64,000 bases of DNA, from the NCBI GenBank assembly GCA_965248335.1, contig CBDFIY010000003.1:1758920-1822919 (forward strand), given 5' to 3'. Of the stretch, positions 46,520-56,569 are shown in pieces. Under the pieces are notes generated by a model, which did not search any database, had not been told where the DNA came from, and was given only the letters and a program-made list of their open reading frames with translations. How positions within the stretch are numbered: the first letter of the stretch is position 1; every line of letters begins with the position of its first letter. The DNA is from Pseudomonadales bacterium. GTDB lineage: Bacteria; Pseudomonadota; Gammaproteobacteria; Pseudomonadales; DT-91. Position numbers and translations under genes: made by a program.

Positions 46520-48003
46520 TTAGGCAGCTTTGCGCCGCATTGCCTGAGCTCGCTCTTTTTCCTGTAGCCCCGCGCCGAGCTTTTGGATGTTTCGTGCTAG
46601 AACAGCCAGCGATACATATCGCTTAAATCCATCGATGCCATGATCAGGGCATTTATCCAGCCCGTGAACTTCAAGCGCATTAATGCCTGACTCAACGGCT
46701 GAATGCTGCCGTTTTTCTTTTTTAAATTCGGCGCTTTTCTCTCTCGCAGATTCTTCTTTATTGCGGCGGCCTTTTTTTGGCATGATGACTTGTTCAAGAT
46801 GTTCTTTGAGTACTTTTTGATTCTCAGGTGAGTGAAAACCCTTATCAAAGCTTGTTGAAATCAGCGTAGAAAACCGCTGCTTTGTCTCCGTCACCATGCT
46901 CACCGCTATCTGATCATCGGTTGTTTTCTGCATCACTTGATGATGTAAAATAAATCCCATCTGATCTTCTAAAATGCAAACTCGCAATCCAAGCTCAACG
47001 GGTACACCTGCTTTGCCTTTGTTAATCCATTCGGTATGTTCTTGAAACAGGGAAAATACTTTTTCATTGTGTGGAATCGTTTCGCCTTGAATAACGCGAC
47101 GAGTTATCTGATCAACTTGACGGTTGGCATGAGCAATAAATGTCTGGACACTATAGGCAGTATCAAGCATTGCCTTGGTTTTTCGGGCACCCATATCTTG
47201 TTTTAGCGCAGCTAAAGCCAACGTCATCTGTGCTTTTGATATGAGTTTTTGCGCGTACTCACAATACGTTTTGTGCGCATCAACAACTTCCTGCGCACGC
47301 AGTCTTTTCTTTTCATCGTCTTTTGATGTTGAGTGTTTTATTTTTTGGGCGATACGGTACAGTTTTTTAGTCTGCTTTAAATTGAACTGATATTGCCGCC
47401 ATGCTGTGCCGCCAATCTCTTCATTGAGCGCGTAAGATAGCGTGATAATTTTACGAAGAGCATCCCATAATAAATTGATGTCGGTGGGGTAATGGACGTT
47501 CGTTTCTACAACAAAAGAATCACATCGTCCTTTTAGCTCTTCGCACGCTTTTTTTTTAAAACAACGTGACCTGCTTTCACGACGATCTCGCTGATTGCAT
47601 CCAGTACTTCGGGCGTCAGTAATGCCACATTATCTTTTAGCGTTTGTAGATTGTACGCTTTCTCATCATCGTATAAACCGTGTCCGAGCATGGCTCGAAT
47701 GGTTTTGTGATTGTTAACCATCTCATGCAGGCGATCGTAATCCCAATTGAGATTCAGCCGTAATACACCCATGACGAGAATGATCCACAAATCCATTCCA
47801 GGGCGGCCATTTGTCGCATCAATATTTTGTGGAATAAGATTTTCCAAAACAGAAAAAACCTGCTCGCGGATAGATTCCTCGGTGTAAATATGCTGCAAAC
47901 CCCGAAGAAGTTGTGGAATGTCATCGCGGGATTTTGAATTAAACTGGATGCTGGCTATATCAGCCTCGCCGAGTTGAAGTTGTTTTCGTACTGTCTGGCG
48001 CAT
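46520..48003 (-). pseudogene. IS5/IS1182-superfamily transposase. The N-terminal ORF (47533..48003) and C-terminal ORF (46520..47227) are separated by about 300 bp of disrupted reading frame.
   Basis: The N-terminal InsH-N-like region (NIDATNGRPGMDLWIILVMGVLRLNLNWDYDRL...MLG) and the C-terminal DDE tail (HSAVESGINALEVHGLDKCPDHGIDGFKRYVSLAVLARNIQKL) are in different frames. The element boundaries were not resolved. Confidence 0.6.
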
Positions 48004-48375
48004 GATGTTTTTACGGCGAAGTTTTGGGGTTTCAGGCTGTATTTAAACCGTATTATCGCATATAAACAGCCATCAGGAAAAAACTTCGTTAGCTAAATTC
48101 CCTTGAAACATTTGTGGTACCTAGCCTTGAGGCTTTTCGTTCAGGCACTAGCTACTCTTGTTTCACTTAGAAGAAAGAGAGTGATTAAGTACGCTGCAAG
48201 TTTGTGATTGCGCATTGAAATTTTTCAGCGATATTTTGATCAATCGGATTGCTAGAATTATTCAGCAATGAGTTAGTTTAGAGGAGTCTATAAATAAATT
48301 CATGATTGGCAATTTCCTCTGATGTCTATATAGTTACACGAGTTATCTATTTACGATTAATCAGGTTTGTTTTAC

Positions 48376-48432
48376 ATGTATCATCATGATCGTCTTCTTC
48401 TGTCACTCCTCCTGCCCAGCTGGGCACATTAA
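48376..48432 (+). CDS. leuL: Leucine-rich leader peptide (18 aa), a candidate leu attenuation leader.
   Basis: ATG TAT CAT CAT GAT CGT CTT CTT CTG TCA CTC CTC CTG CCC AGC TGG GCA CAT TAA translates to MYHHDRLLLSLLLPSWAH. It has 6 Leu in 7 consecutive codons and lies 60 bp upstream of leuA. The palindrome TGCCCAGCTGGGCA overlaps its 3' end. Confidence 0.55.
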   Translation: MYHHDRLLLSLLLPSWAH

Positions 48433-48493
48433 ATTTATCTGCACAATTTCCCTGTAAAAATACTATAATTCCCCCAAATTTCTGGAGTGTCTC

Positions 48494-50038
48494 ATGAAGA
48501 AAGACAAATTGGTTATTTTTGATACAACATTGCGCGATGGCGAGCAAAGCCCCGGCGCATCGATGACCAAAGATGAAAAAATCCGTATCGCCAGCGTTCT
48601 TGAAAAAATGCGTGTTGATGTGATAGAGGCCGGTTTTGCGATAGCAAGCCCTGGCGATTTCGAAGCCGTCAAAGCGATTGCCGAAATCGTAAAAGATAGC
48701 CGTATCTGCTCGCTATCCAGAGCCAATAGAAAAGATATTGAGCGGGCAGGTGAGGCGCTTAAAAATGCCAATGCCAACCGAATCCACACCTTTATTGCGA
48801 CTAGCCCGATACATATGAAGTATAAGCTCCGCATGACACCCGAAGTGGTCGTCGAGCGTGCAGTGGATGCCGTCACCTTTGCATCAAAGTTTACGGATGA
48901 CGTGGAGTTCTCGTGCGAAGATGCCAGCCGTACTGAGTTTGATTTTATGTGCCATATTATTGAACAAGTGATTAACGCGGGCGCGAAAACCATTAATATT
49001 CCCGATACAGTCGGCTACGGTGAACCTGCACAGTTCGGTAAAGTTATTGAGCGTTTGATTCAGACAATCCCAAATGCCGATAAAGCCGTTTTTTCCGTAC
49101 ATTGCCATAATGATCTTGGCTTGGCAGTTGCGAACTCATTATCTGCCGTTGCGCATGGTGCGAGACAGGTAGAATGTACCATCAATGGGTTAGGTGAGCG
49201 TGCAGGCAATGCATCGCTAGAAGAAATCGTCATGGCAGTACATACGCGTTCAGATATTTTTGATGTCGAGACAGGTATAGAAACGCATCATATCGTGCCC
49301 GCTTCTCGCCTTGTGTCAAGCATCACGGGCTTCCCTGTGCAACCGAATAAAGCCATAGTTGGCGCAAATGCTTTTGCTCATGAGGCTGGTATTCATCAAG
49401 ATGGCGTACTTAAACATCGTGAAACCTACGAAATCATGCGTGCACAGGATGTAGGCTGGGGTGAAAATCGTTTGGTACTTGGCAAGCATTCAGGTCGGGC
49501 GGCTTTTGTTTCTCGCCTTGATAGTATTGGGTATCAGTGCGCATCAGATGAAGAACTCGATACACTTTTTGCACGTTTTAAATTGCTCGCCGATAAGAAA
49601 CATGAGATTTTTGACGAAGATTTACAAGCACTTGTCACCATTGAGACGCAAGAGCGTGAAGAAGAAGGTTACCGATTAGATAACTTGCACGCAGAGTTAT
49701 CGACGAAGAGTACACCAAAAGTCTCTGTGACCTTAGTTAAAGGTGACGATCATCAAACGGTAGAAGAAACAGGCGATGGTCTTGTTGATGCAACCTTTAA
49801 AGCTATCGAAGCTATCGTAAAGACGGATTCAGAACTTGTCCTTTATTCCGTGAATAGTATCACCGAGGGTACAGATTCTTTTGGCGATGTCACCGTGCGG
49901 CTAAAAAAGGATGGCAGCATTGTCAATGGGCTAGGTGCTGATACCGATATTGTTATCGCTTCAGCTAAAGCTTACTTGCATGCGGTGAATTTATTAGAAA
50001 ACCCAACTAAAAAGGCACACCCACAAGAGGGCGTTTAA
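48494..50038 (+). CDS. leuA: 2-isopropylmalate synthase.
   Basis: [34 protein letters not shown], and the C-terminal LeuA allosteric/dimerisation domain. 514 aa. Confidence 0.9.
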   Translation: MKKDKLVIFDTTLRDGEQSPGASMTKDEKIRIASVLEKMRVDVIEAGFAIASPGDFEAVKAIAEIVKDSRICSLSRANRKDIERAGEALKNANANRIHTFIATSPIHMKYKLRMTPEVVVERAVDAVTFASKFTDDVEFSCEDASRTEFDFMCHIIEQVINAGAKTINIPDTVGYGEPAQFGKVIERLIQTIPNADKAVFSVHCHNDLGLAVANSLSAVAHGARQVECTINGLGERAGNASLEEIVMAVHTRSDIFDVETGIETHHIVPASRLVSSITGFPVQPNKAIVGANAFAHEAGIHQDGVLKHRETYEIMRAQDVGWGENRLVLGKHSGRAAFVSRLDSIGYQCASDEELDTLFARFKLLADKKHEIFDEDLQALVTIETQEREEEGYRLDNLHAELSTKSTPKVSVTLVKGDDHQTVEETGDGLVDATFKAIEAIVKTDSELVLYSVNSITEGTDSFGDVTVRLKKDGSIVNGLGADTDIVIASAKAYLHAVNLLENPTKKAHPQEGV

Positions 50039-50040
50039 GC

Positions 50041-50802
50041 GTGCAGGAAACGGAGCGTCAACGATGTTTACAGTGGATGGGGGTGAAGCCTTTGCAGGCC
50101 CGCTGCCCGCTGCCTAATGCTGAGCCTTCGTTTTCTTTTTATCAGATCGTTAAGGAGGATGTGCAGCAAGCGGAGCCGGAGTCACCTAGGGCTGCTGTGC
50201 TGCGTGTATTTGATGACACAGCTAAACTAGACACTACGCCTAAAAAGGTTGCGGACACCTTGTCGGCACTGCAATTTAATGATTTCCCTGCTAAGGCAAA
50301 AGAAGCCGTTAAGGTTGATATTGCTTTGCAGGATAACCGTGCTTTAGTGGTTAACGATACAAAGGTGTCTAAGGATAAAAAATTTCGCCTACGTTATGTG
50401 CGTATGGGCAGGGTGTTGTTTTTACAAGACCAGCCCAGAGTACAGTGGCAAAACGAACCCGCAGAAATTGTTTTTATGCGTGACATAGCCACGGCTGTCA
50501 TGGGGGAAGCACCGGAGAGCAAGATTTCCGATGTATTCAATTGGCCGGCTTCAGTCTATTTTGAAAGCAGTGCCGATGATGTCATTCAGGAAATTTTATC
50601 GCCTTTTTTACAAAATATGATTGTTGATGAAGATAAGCCTTTAGTGATTAACTTTGGATTGAGTCAGCATGCGTATTTAGGTGGCTTTGTTGAAGCCGCG
50701 TTAGCGGCCTCAGTTTGTGTGGATGCACAGCCGATTGCAGATTACTTCCATCAACCTGTGTTAAAACGTACGCTTTGGCAGGCGTTAAAAGCAGTACTTT
50801 AA
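50041..50802 (+). CDS. Hypothetical protein, possibly a DNA polymerase III psi-subunit (HolD)-like N-terminus with a long extension.
   Basis: The N-terminus ERQRCLQWMGVKPLQARCP resembles HolD RRDWLLQQLGITQWSLRRP. Its position directly upstream of rimI matches the holD-rimI arrangement. The rest has no recognisable family. Confidence 0.35.
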   Translation: MQETERQRCLQWMGVKPLQARCPLPNAEPSFSFYQIVKEDVQQAEPESPRAAVLRVFDDTAKLDTTPKKVADTLSALQFNDFPAKAKEAVKVDIALQDNRALVVNDTKVSKDKKFRLRYVRMGRVLFLQDQPRVQWQNEPAEIVFMRDIATAVMGEAPESKISDVFNWPASVYFESSADDVIQEILSPFLQNMIVDEDKPLVINFGLSQHAYLGGFVEAALAASVCVDAQPIADYFHQPVLKRTLWQALKAVL

Positions 50803-50805
50803 CGC

Positions 50806-51249
50806 ATGGACAATTGGCAGGTAAGGCTCTGGCAAGCCGAAGATGTACAGGTAATCGCACAAATTGAAGATGATCAAGGTTTCAGCCGTTGGTCATGTAA
50901 ACAACTGGATGAAAGCTTGCAACAGCACAGTTGCTATTTATTGGAAAAAGAGAAAGCTATTGCAGGCTACGCCATTTTTTCTCAGGTCATTGATGAGGTC
51001 GAATTGTTAAATATTACTTTTGATCGTCGTTATCAGGGTAAAGGCCTCGCCACATGCTTGCTGCGTTCTTGCTTGTTGCTGTTTAAACAGCAGGGGGCGA
51101 AGAACTGTTTTTTAGAGGTTGGCGAAAAAAACCACGGGGCCATAAAGCTTTACCGGCAGGTAGGATTTCAATCCGTAGGCTGCCGAAAAAAATATTATCG
51201 AACACAACAACCCATGCAAGATGCACTGATTTTTAGGTTAGCGTTATGA
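50806..51249 (+). CDS. rimI: GNAT N-acetyltransferase, ribosomal-protein-alanine acetyltransferase-like.
   Basis: 147 aa with acetyl-CoA binding motif A (RRYQGKGLATCLL) and motif B (LEVGEKNHGAIKLYRQVGF). Confidence 0.75.
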   Translation: MDNWQVRLWQAEDVQVIAQIEDDQGFSRWSCKQLDESLQQHSCYLLEKEKAIAGYAIFSQVIDEVELLNITFDRRYQGKGLATCLLRSCLLLFKQQGAKNCFLEVGEKNHGAIKLYRQVGFQSVGCRKKYYRTQQPMQDALIFRLAL

Positions 51250-51623
51250 AAGAAATTACTACAGACCACTGGCAACTGTTATTACCTGAAGAGTGGGTGG
51301 CGGAGCAAGATGAAGAAACCATTATTATCACCGATGCGGATGAGGTCAGCGTTGTTGAAATCACCACCTTGTTGCCTGAAAACAAAAACTCAGTGAAGTC
51401 GCTGATTGAAGAGTTATCAGAAGGTACGATAAAAACTGCCATAGCAGGGCTGACAGCTTTTTATAAAGAGTTCGAAGAAGACGGCATGTTTTGGCGAGAA
51501 TGGTTTTGTGATGGCGACAATGTGGTTGTTATTCTTAGTCATGGCTCTGATCTTGAACATAAGCACATGGATGATGGTGCGGTTGATGAAATGTTGTCGA
51601 CGTTAGCGTTGGCAGTGAGTTAG
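51246..51623 (+). CDS. Hypothetical acidic protein (125 aa).
   Basis: ORF translationally coupled to rimI (4-bp overlap). No family recognised. Confidence 0.35.
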   Translation: MKEITTDHWQLLLPEEWVAEQDEETIIITDADEVSVVEITTLLPENKNSVKSLIEELSEGTIKTAIAGLTAFYKEFEEDGMFWREWFCDGDNVVVILSHGSDLEHKHMDDGAVDEMLSTLALAVS

Positions 51624-51916
51624 CTATTTGTCATATCACTTTTAGTGTGAACAAATTTTTAATTGTAACTACATATCCTCCTCAGCCTTAAATAGCGCTA
51701 GTTGTAGTCGTTTCATGACAATTGGCGGGTGCGATTTCAAGTGATAGATTTAGCACCTTAACCTGCTTCTGAAATATTTTTTCTTAACTTTCTACGTGTA
51801 TGCATCGCGACCCCCAATTTTTTTACAAAAATCGTATACATACTCAATGTATATTGAGAGGGAGCATTATTGTAGTGCCTGCGGTCTGAATGTAGGGTAG
51901 CGATGTAGGGTATGAA

Positions 51917-52342
51917 GTGATGGTTATGAAAATATTATTTTTGTTTGTTTTTTTATTTACTGCGGAAGTTTTTCCTGTTGGAAAAGGTGTTGATTTAACG
52001 CATGTTTTGAATAGTAGAATGGAGGTGAGCAAATGGAGGGAGGGATGGTCCCTGCCAGAGCGGGCTGCGTCACGGCTGTTAAGCATTTACCAAGGATGTA
52101 AAACGCCTGAAGAGGTTACTTTGTCCTATCAAGATATAAAGCAGGCTAATCCATTTCAGCTTAAAAAACTCGTTGATGGCCCGTTTCAGGAGTTGCTTAA
52201 GAGTAACGAAGCAATGGTTGAGGATGATGGAAGTACAGTAAAGGAGAATGATGAATTGGTCACGATAATTTATACCGAACTCGTAAAAGTGTTAAAATCT
52301 CATAGCGGTAAAGTTGGTTGGAAAAATCCACTTGATCGTTGA
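51917..52342 (+). CDS. Hypothetical secreted protein (141 aa).
   Basis: Hydrophobic N-terminus MMVMKILFLFVFLFTAEVF. No family recognised. Confidence 0.3.
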   Translation: MMVMKILFLFVFLFTAEVFPVGKGVDLTHVLNSRMEVSKWREGWSLPERAASRLLSIYQGCKTPEEVTLSYQDIKQANPFQLKKLVDGPFQELLKSNEAMVEDDGSTVKENDELVTIIYTELVKVLKSHSGKVGWKNPLDR

Positions 52343-52386
52343 GGTAAGCTTAAATACGCTAAGAGTCGTATTTAAGCTTAAGCGGG

Positions 52387-52917
52387 TTACCGCTTTTTAT
52401 GCCCCTCTGTAAGGTGTGTCATATTATCCCCATTGATCGACCTTTCAAAAGAAAATGCTTTACCAAACCCTTTTACATAACGGCCCTTAATAGGGTCGAG
52501 TTTAAAAAGGTTGAAGTCTGATAAGACAGAGAGATTTTCAACCATTTCTCCATGACGGGTTTTCAGGGTATCAACGCCTTGCTTCCATTCTGCTGAATCT
52601 AACTCAGGCGTTCTTGCCTTCATTGACAGGTTGACTCTGACTCTGGCAAATAAATGCTGTGCTTCTTTTTCATCTTCAACAACCAAAACGCCGGCGTGCG
52701 GATTATTTTTGAGGTTAAGTCCGTGCAAAGCAACGTCGCTAAGCAGCACGTATAGGCAGTTGTCGCCAATGGCAAAAGGTGCGTAGGAGGCGTAGGGGTG
52801 GCCTTCTGCATCAATAGTGGAGAGGTTTAGCGATAGTCGACTATTTAAAAAATCTGAAATCTCATCAGACAAACGTTCTTGCATAGCGGTGTTTTTCATG
52901 GTCTTACCCTTTTTCAA
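52387..52917 (-). CDS. hutZ: Heme-utilisation protein HutZ/HugZ-like (pyridoxamine-5'-phosphate-oxidase-like FMN-binding split-barrel family).
   Basis: 176 aa with a PNPOx-like fold (LSTIDAEGHPYASYAPFA...). It lies in a hutX-hutZ arrangement, divergent from a TonB receptor and a hemin ABC system, with a Fur box between them. Confidence 0.6.
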   Translation of the reverse strand: MKKGKTMKNTAMQERLSDEISDFLNSRLSLNLSTIDAEGHPYASYAPFAIGDNCLYVLLSDVALHGLNLKNNPHAGVLVVEDEKEAQHLFARVRVNLSMKARTPELDSAEWKQGVDTLKTRHGEMVENLSVLSDFNLFKLDPIKGRYVKGFGKAFSFERSINGDNMTHLTEGHKKR

Positions 52918-53302
52918 GTTGTTGGAATTTTTCTAACTGATCGCTAAAGATTTCTCCGTTTTCGTCGCGGCCTAAAAACACTTTAAAAATAGTTTCTTGC
53001 GCATTTTTAAAGTTAATCGAATAGCTGGGCCTTCCTCTGTGCAATTTAGTGGCTAACTCGATGTTCTCGATTTTCTCAATGTTGATATGCCCTTCGAAGC
53101 CTTCGCCTTGGCTATCGAGATTATAAAATCCGTGTGCTATCGCCCCTTTAGGGAAGCTACCTTTATACTCAAAAACGCAGCCGCCATGAATAATAATCAC
53201 AGTGACTTTTCCGTAGCTGGGAAGTGCTTCTAAGATAGGTAACGAATTGGCTTTATCAAGAGAAATAAATTTATCTGTGAAATTACTGATTGTTTCTTTC
53301 AT
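52904..53302 (-). CDS. hutX: Heme-binding cytoplasmic protein HutX/ChuX-like.
   Basis: 132 aa, immediately upstream of the hutZ-like gene and overlapping it, as in Vibrio hutWXZ. The size and context fit the ChuX/HutX family. Confidence 0.5.
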   Translation of the reverse strand: MKETISNFTDKFISLDKANSLPILEALPSYGKVTVIIIHGGCVFEYKGSFPKGAIAHGFYNLDSQGEGFEGHINIEKIENIELATKLHRGRPSYSINFKNAQETIFKVFLGRDENGEIFSDQLEKFQQLEKG

Positions 53303-53419
53303 AGTATGTGAACGCTGTTTTTATTGTTCGGTATTACTTATATTTTTTATAGGAATAACGAGTGATGGATTATTTTGAAATAAATACTAACGGCAAAGTG
53401 TTGCATTTGCAATAATAAT

Positions 53420-53438
53420 CTATATGATAATCATTATC
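53420..53438. promoter_or_regulatory. Fur box in the divergent hutXZ / TonB-receptor promoter region.
   Basis: CTATATGATAATCATTATC matches the consensus GATAATGATAATCATTATC at 15 of 19 positions. The 3' ATGATAATCATTATC is a perfect match. Confidence 0.75.
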
Positions 53439-53459
53439 GTTTACTTTTAAGAATAAGAA

Positions 53460-55430
53460 ATGAGTGCATTCTCAAATTTTTCTATTGCGGCGCTGTTAGT
53501 CGGTTTTCATAGTATGCCAGCTGCAGCCAAAACCCAGACACCCATTACTGAAGAAGTGGTTGTTAGTGGTACGCGTACGGAGCAGGCTTATTGGGATAGC
53601 CCTGTTAAGGTAACGTTAGTGACTCGTGCAGATATTGATGGTAATCACGCGATGAACGTTGCTGAGGCGATACAGAATATCCCTGGGCTTGATTTGAAAG
53701 CGCCAATAACGGGCAAGGAAGGTCAGTCGGTTTGGATTCAAGGTGTATCCGCTGATCGCGTGTTGGTGTTGATTGATGGCGAGCCGGTTTCTGCCAGTAC
53801 CGGCTCAACAGTCGATATCACACAAATTGCGACGACCAATGTGGCACGCATTGAGATTGTGAAAGGGGCAACCTCTGCCCTGTATGGTAGCTCGGCTATT
53901 GGTGGCGTTGTCAATATCATTACCAAGAAACCTGAGGAAGGCCTATCCATACGTCTCTCCACCGATGCTGGCACCTTTGGTAAAAGGGATGTCGCTAATG
54001 GACAGTATCCACTGCCTAGTCAGCGGGTTGATGGTCAGGTGAGTTACGCCAATGAAAAATTTGCCGTGCAAGCGGGTACAAATTTGGCGCTTTCCAACGG
54101 ATTTAAAAGTGGTGTTGATGAATGGTCTCAGCCGGGGGCTAGTGGATTGCGATCGACCGTATTTACCGAAGGTACTTGGTTTGCTACAGAGAAAAGTTCG
54201 CACAAATTGCGTCTGGAATATTACCAGCAATCTCTGGAAACGCGTTACCTCGATCGAGTGGGTGCGAAAAAGTATTATCAAGTAAAAAAAGATGATGCTC
54301 AGCGACTTTCATCAAGATATAAAGGCCGTGCTGAATCTGACAACTCACTCTGGCAGTGGGGCGCTATTTACGAGCAGTTTACGAATGACACACAGCCTAC
54401 GTTAGCGAATACCCGTCATGCCGAAATGCGTTATGGCAATGTGAATGCGCAGGTCGATACGACATTGGGTCTGCACGAATTAACACATGGGCTGCAGTTT
54501 AGTCATAATTCTCTCCAATCAATTAAGAATGGCGATACAGTAAATCCAGAAGTCCCTTATAAAACAGCTGCATCGTTTGAGTATTATTTTCAGGATCATC
54601 TTACGTTTGATGTACTAGAGCTATTGCCAGGATTTCGCCTGCAGCACAATGATAAATTTGGTCAAAAGTTCACGCCAAAAATTAACGGTCGACTGAACCT
54701 TGTTGATGATGAAGATAAAACCATTTTTATTCGAGCGGGGATTGGTCAAGGCTACCGTGTTCCTAACCTGAAGGAACAATTCTTCAAGTTTGATCACAGT
54801 GAGTTGGGTTATATGGTGATCGGTAATCCTGATTTAAAACCCGAAAGTTCGTTGAGTTATCAGTGGGAGATAGGCGTCATCAATACAGAGGGTTATCAGA
54901 TTGGGCTTAACCTTTTTTACAATGACATGACCAACCTTATTGCAAAAAAACCAACAGAAAAGACCGATCTGGGTATTCAAATTCATCGTTATATCAATAT
55001 CGCAAAAGCACGTACACAGGGCGTTGAGCTTAACGGCAGTTATCAGCCAATTGATCTGATAAAAATAACTTTTGGCTACAGTTATTTAGATGCTAAGAAT
55101 TTAACAACAGGTTCGCGATTAGATAATCGTTCACAACATCAGACAAAAATTCAGATTCAGTTATTTCCGTTTGAGGGCATGGATGTTGGCTTGAATACAC
55201 GTTTTTATTCAAAACAAGTGAGCTACGATAGCGACTTGATTAAATTCACAACGCCTGCTTATACCACCTTTGATATGAAGGCGACTTATCAGTTTACGGA
55301 TCGATTCTCTCTTTATGGGGGGGTTGATAACCTCACGGATGTCACTCGTAATTTTGGCGAAAGCAAGGATAAAGATCAGCGGCCAGTTGAAGGGCGCTAC
55401 GGTTATCTCGGTATTAAATTTGAACTTTAG
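53460..55430 (+). CDS. hutA: TonB-dependent outer-membrane receptor (probable heme/hemoglobin receptor).
   Basis: Signal peptide; plug domain with the TonB-box region (EEVVVSGTRTEQ); beta-barrel with a C-terminal aromatic residue (…GIKFEL). The heme specificity is inferred from context. Confidence 0.7.
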   Translation: MSAFSNFSIAALLVGFHSMPAAAKTQTPITEEVVVSGTRTEQAYWDSPVKVTLVTRADIDGNHAMNVAEAIQNIPGLDLKAPITGKEGQSVWIQGVSADRVLVLIDGEPVSASTGSTVDITQIATTNVARIEIVKGATSALYGSSAIGGVVNIITKKPEEGLSIRLSTDAGTFGKRDVANGQYPLPSQRVDGQVSYANEKFAVQAGTNLALSNGFKSGVDEWSQPGASGLRSTVFTEGTWFATEKSSHKLRLEYYQQSLETRYLDRVGAKKYYQVKKDDAQRLSSRYKGRAESDNSLWQWGAIYEQFTNDTQPTLANTRHAEMRYGNVNAQVDTTLGLHELTHGLQFSHNSLQSIKNGDTVNPEVPYKTAASFEYYFQDHLTFDVLELLPGFRLQHNDKFGQKFTPKINGRLNLVDDEDKTIFIRAGIGQGYRVPNLKEQFFKFDHSELGYMVIGNPDLKPESSLSYQWEIGVINTEGYQIGLNLFYNDMTNLIAKKPTEKTDLGIQIHRYINIAKARTQGVELNGSYQPIDLIKITFGYSYLDAKNLTTGSRLDNRSQHQTKIQIQLFPFEGMDVGLNTRFYSKQVSYDSDLIKFTTPAYTTFDMKATYQFTDRFSLYGGVDNLTDVTRNFGESKDKDQRPVEGRYGYLGIKFEL

Positions 55431-55439
55431 GAAAATATC

Positions 55440-56519
55440 ATGAATAAAAATAAATTAATGTTGGGCGGGATGGCCGTGAGTGCGTTAATGCTTGCAGCTT
55501 GTGGTAGTGATTCAAGTAAGACGCCGAGTGCTGGAGGAGGTAGTAAAGCTTTCCAAGAGATCGCTTTAGATACAGGGACTACGGCAGGACCTAAATGGGC
55601 ATATTTTGACATTGATACGGGTAAAGTGGTTGAAAAATCAGGTGAGTGGGATATTGCTGTTAAACGTGATAAAGGTTTTAAGCTTAACAAGGGATACAAA
55701 GCCGCCTTGGCTGAAGCGCAAGCTGATTATTACAATGCTGATGGTACTCCTATTGATTCGGCCTTTACTAATGCAGATGCACAGTTTGAACTTGATACCT
55801 TTTATGCAACCACAACAGTCGATAAGAAAAGCTATGCAGCACCTTATGAATCCAGCGCTTTTGGCAGTAATTGGTATACCTATAATTTCGGAACACATGC
55901 ATTAACCGCGAATGCAGATAAATACTTTATTGTTGCAGCTGGCGACGGTAGCTATGCTAAAGTGCGCGCATCAAACATAACGCCTGAATATGTAGCCACC
56001 TTTGAATTTTATATACAGAAAAAAGATGGTAAAAAAGCCTTTAGTGATACGGCAGTGAGTGTTGATGTGGCATTAAAAGAAACTGCTCAAACTTGTGTCG
56101 ATTTTGCAACAGCGACATCTACGAATAAGACTATTGAATGTACTGATGCTAGCTGGGACGTGAAATTTGACATTGCCAATCGAAGTTATACCGTTCGTAC
56201 AAACGGCGGCCTATCAGGTTCAGGTAAGGCAACCTCATATGGGCCTGTTGCAGTTGATGATTTTAAAACAGGTACAGATACAGGGCTTGGTTATAGTTTG
56301 AAAGCAGATTATCTTGCATCAGCGTTTACTGATAGCAATCCATGGGCTTACGGTATAGGCGGCGGCCACACGATGTTACCTAACTACCGAGTGTATGCCA
56401 TTAATTTTGGTGATAAGCGTGACGCTGTAAAAGTGCAGTTTGTCGACTATTACGATCAAGATAAAAATCCTGGCAAGATTACAATGCGCTACATGAGCTT
56501 ATCAGATAACGGGGAATAA
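55440..56519 (+). CDS. Lipoprotein (359 aa), possibly a HmuY-like heme-binding accessory protein.
   Basis: Lipobox LAAC. It sits between the receptor and the hemin ABC transporter genes. HmuY-likeness is only a contextual guess. Confidence 0.4.
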   Translation: MNKNKLMLGGMAVSALMLAACGSDSSKTPSAGGGSKAFQEIALDTGTTAGPKWAYFDIDTGKVVEKSGEWDIAVKRDKGFKLNKGYKAALAEAQADYYNADGTPIDSAFTNADAQFELDTFYATTTVDKKSYAAPYESSAFGSNWYTYNFGTHALTANADKYFIVAAGDGSYAKVRASNITPEYVATFEFYIQKKDGKKAFSDTAVSVDVALKETAQTCVDFATATSTNKTIECTDASWDVKFDIANRSYTVRTNGGLSGSGKATSYGPVAVDDFKTGTDTGLGYSLKADYLASAFTDSNPWAYGIGGGHTMLPNYRVYAINFGDKRDAVKVQFVDYYDQDKNPGKITMRYMSLSDNGE

Positions 56520-56527
56520 AAGCGATT

Positions 56528-56552
56528 GCCCTACTAAGTAGGGCATTTCTTT
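56528..56552 (+). terminator. Hairpin GCCCTAC-TAA-GTAGGGC followed by a T-rich tract; an intra-operon terminator or attenuator.
   Basis: Read directly, 9 bp after the lipoprotein gene stop. Confidence 0.45.
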
Positions 56553-56569
56553 CATAGGTACGAATAATA

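Noticed and set aside
48463-48993. 176-aa minus-strand ORF overlapping the leuA 5' region and the leader.
   Set aside because: It is antisense to leuA. The plus-strand leader/leuA arrangement explains the region.
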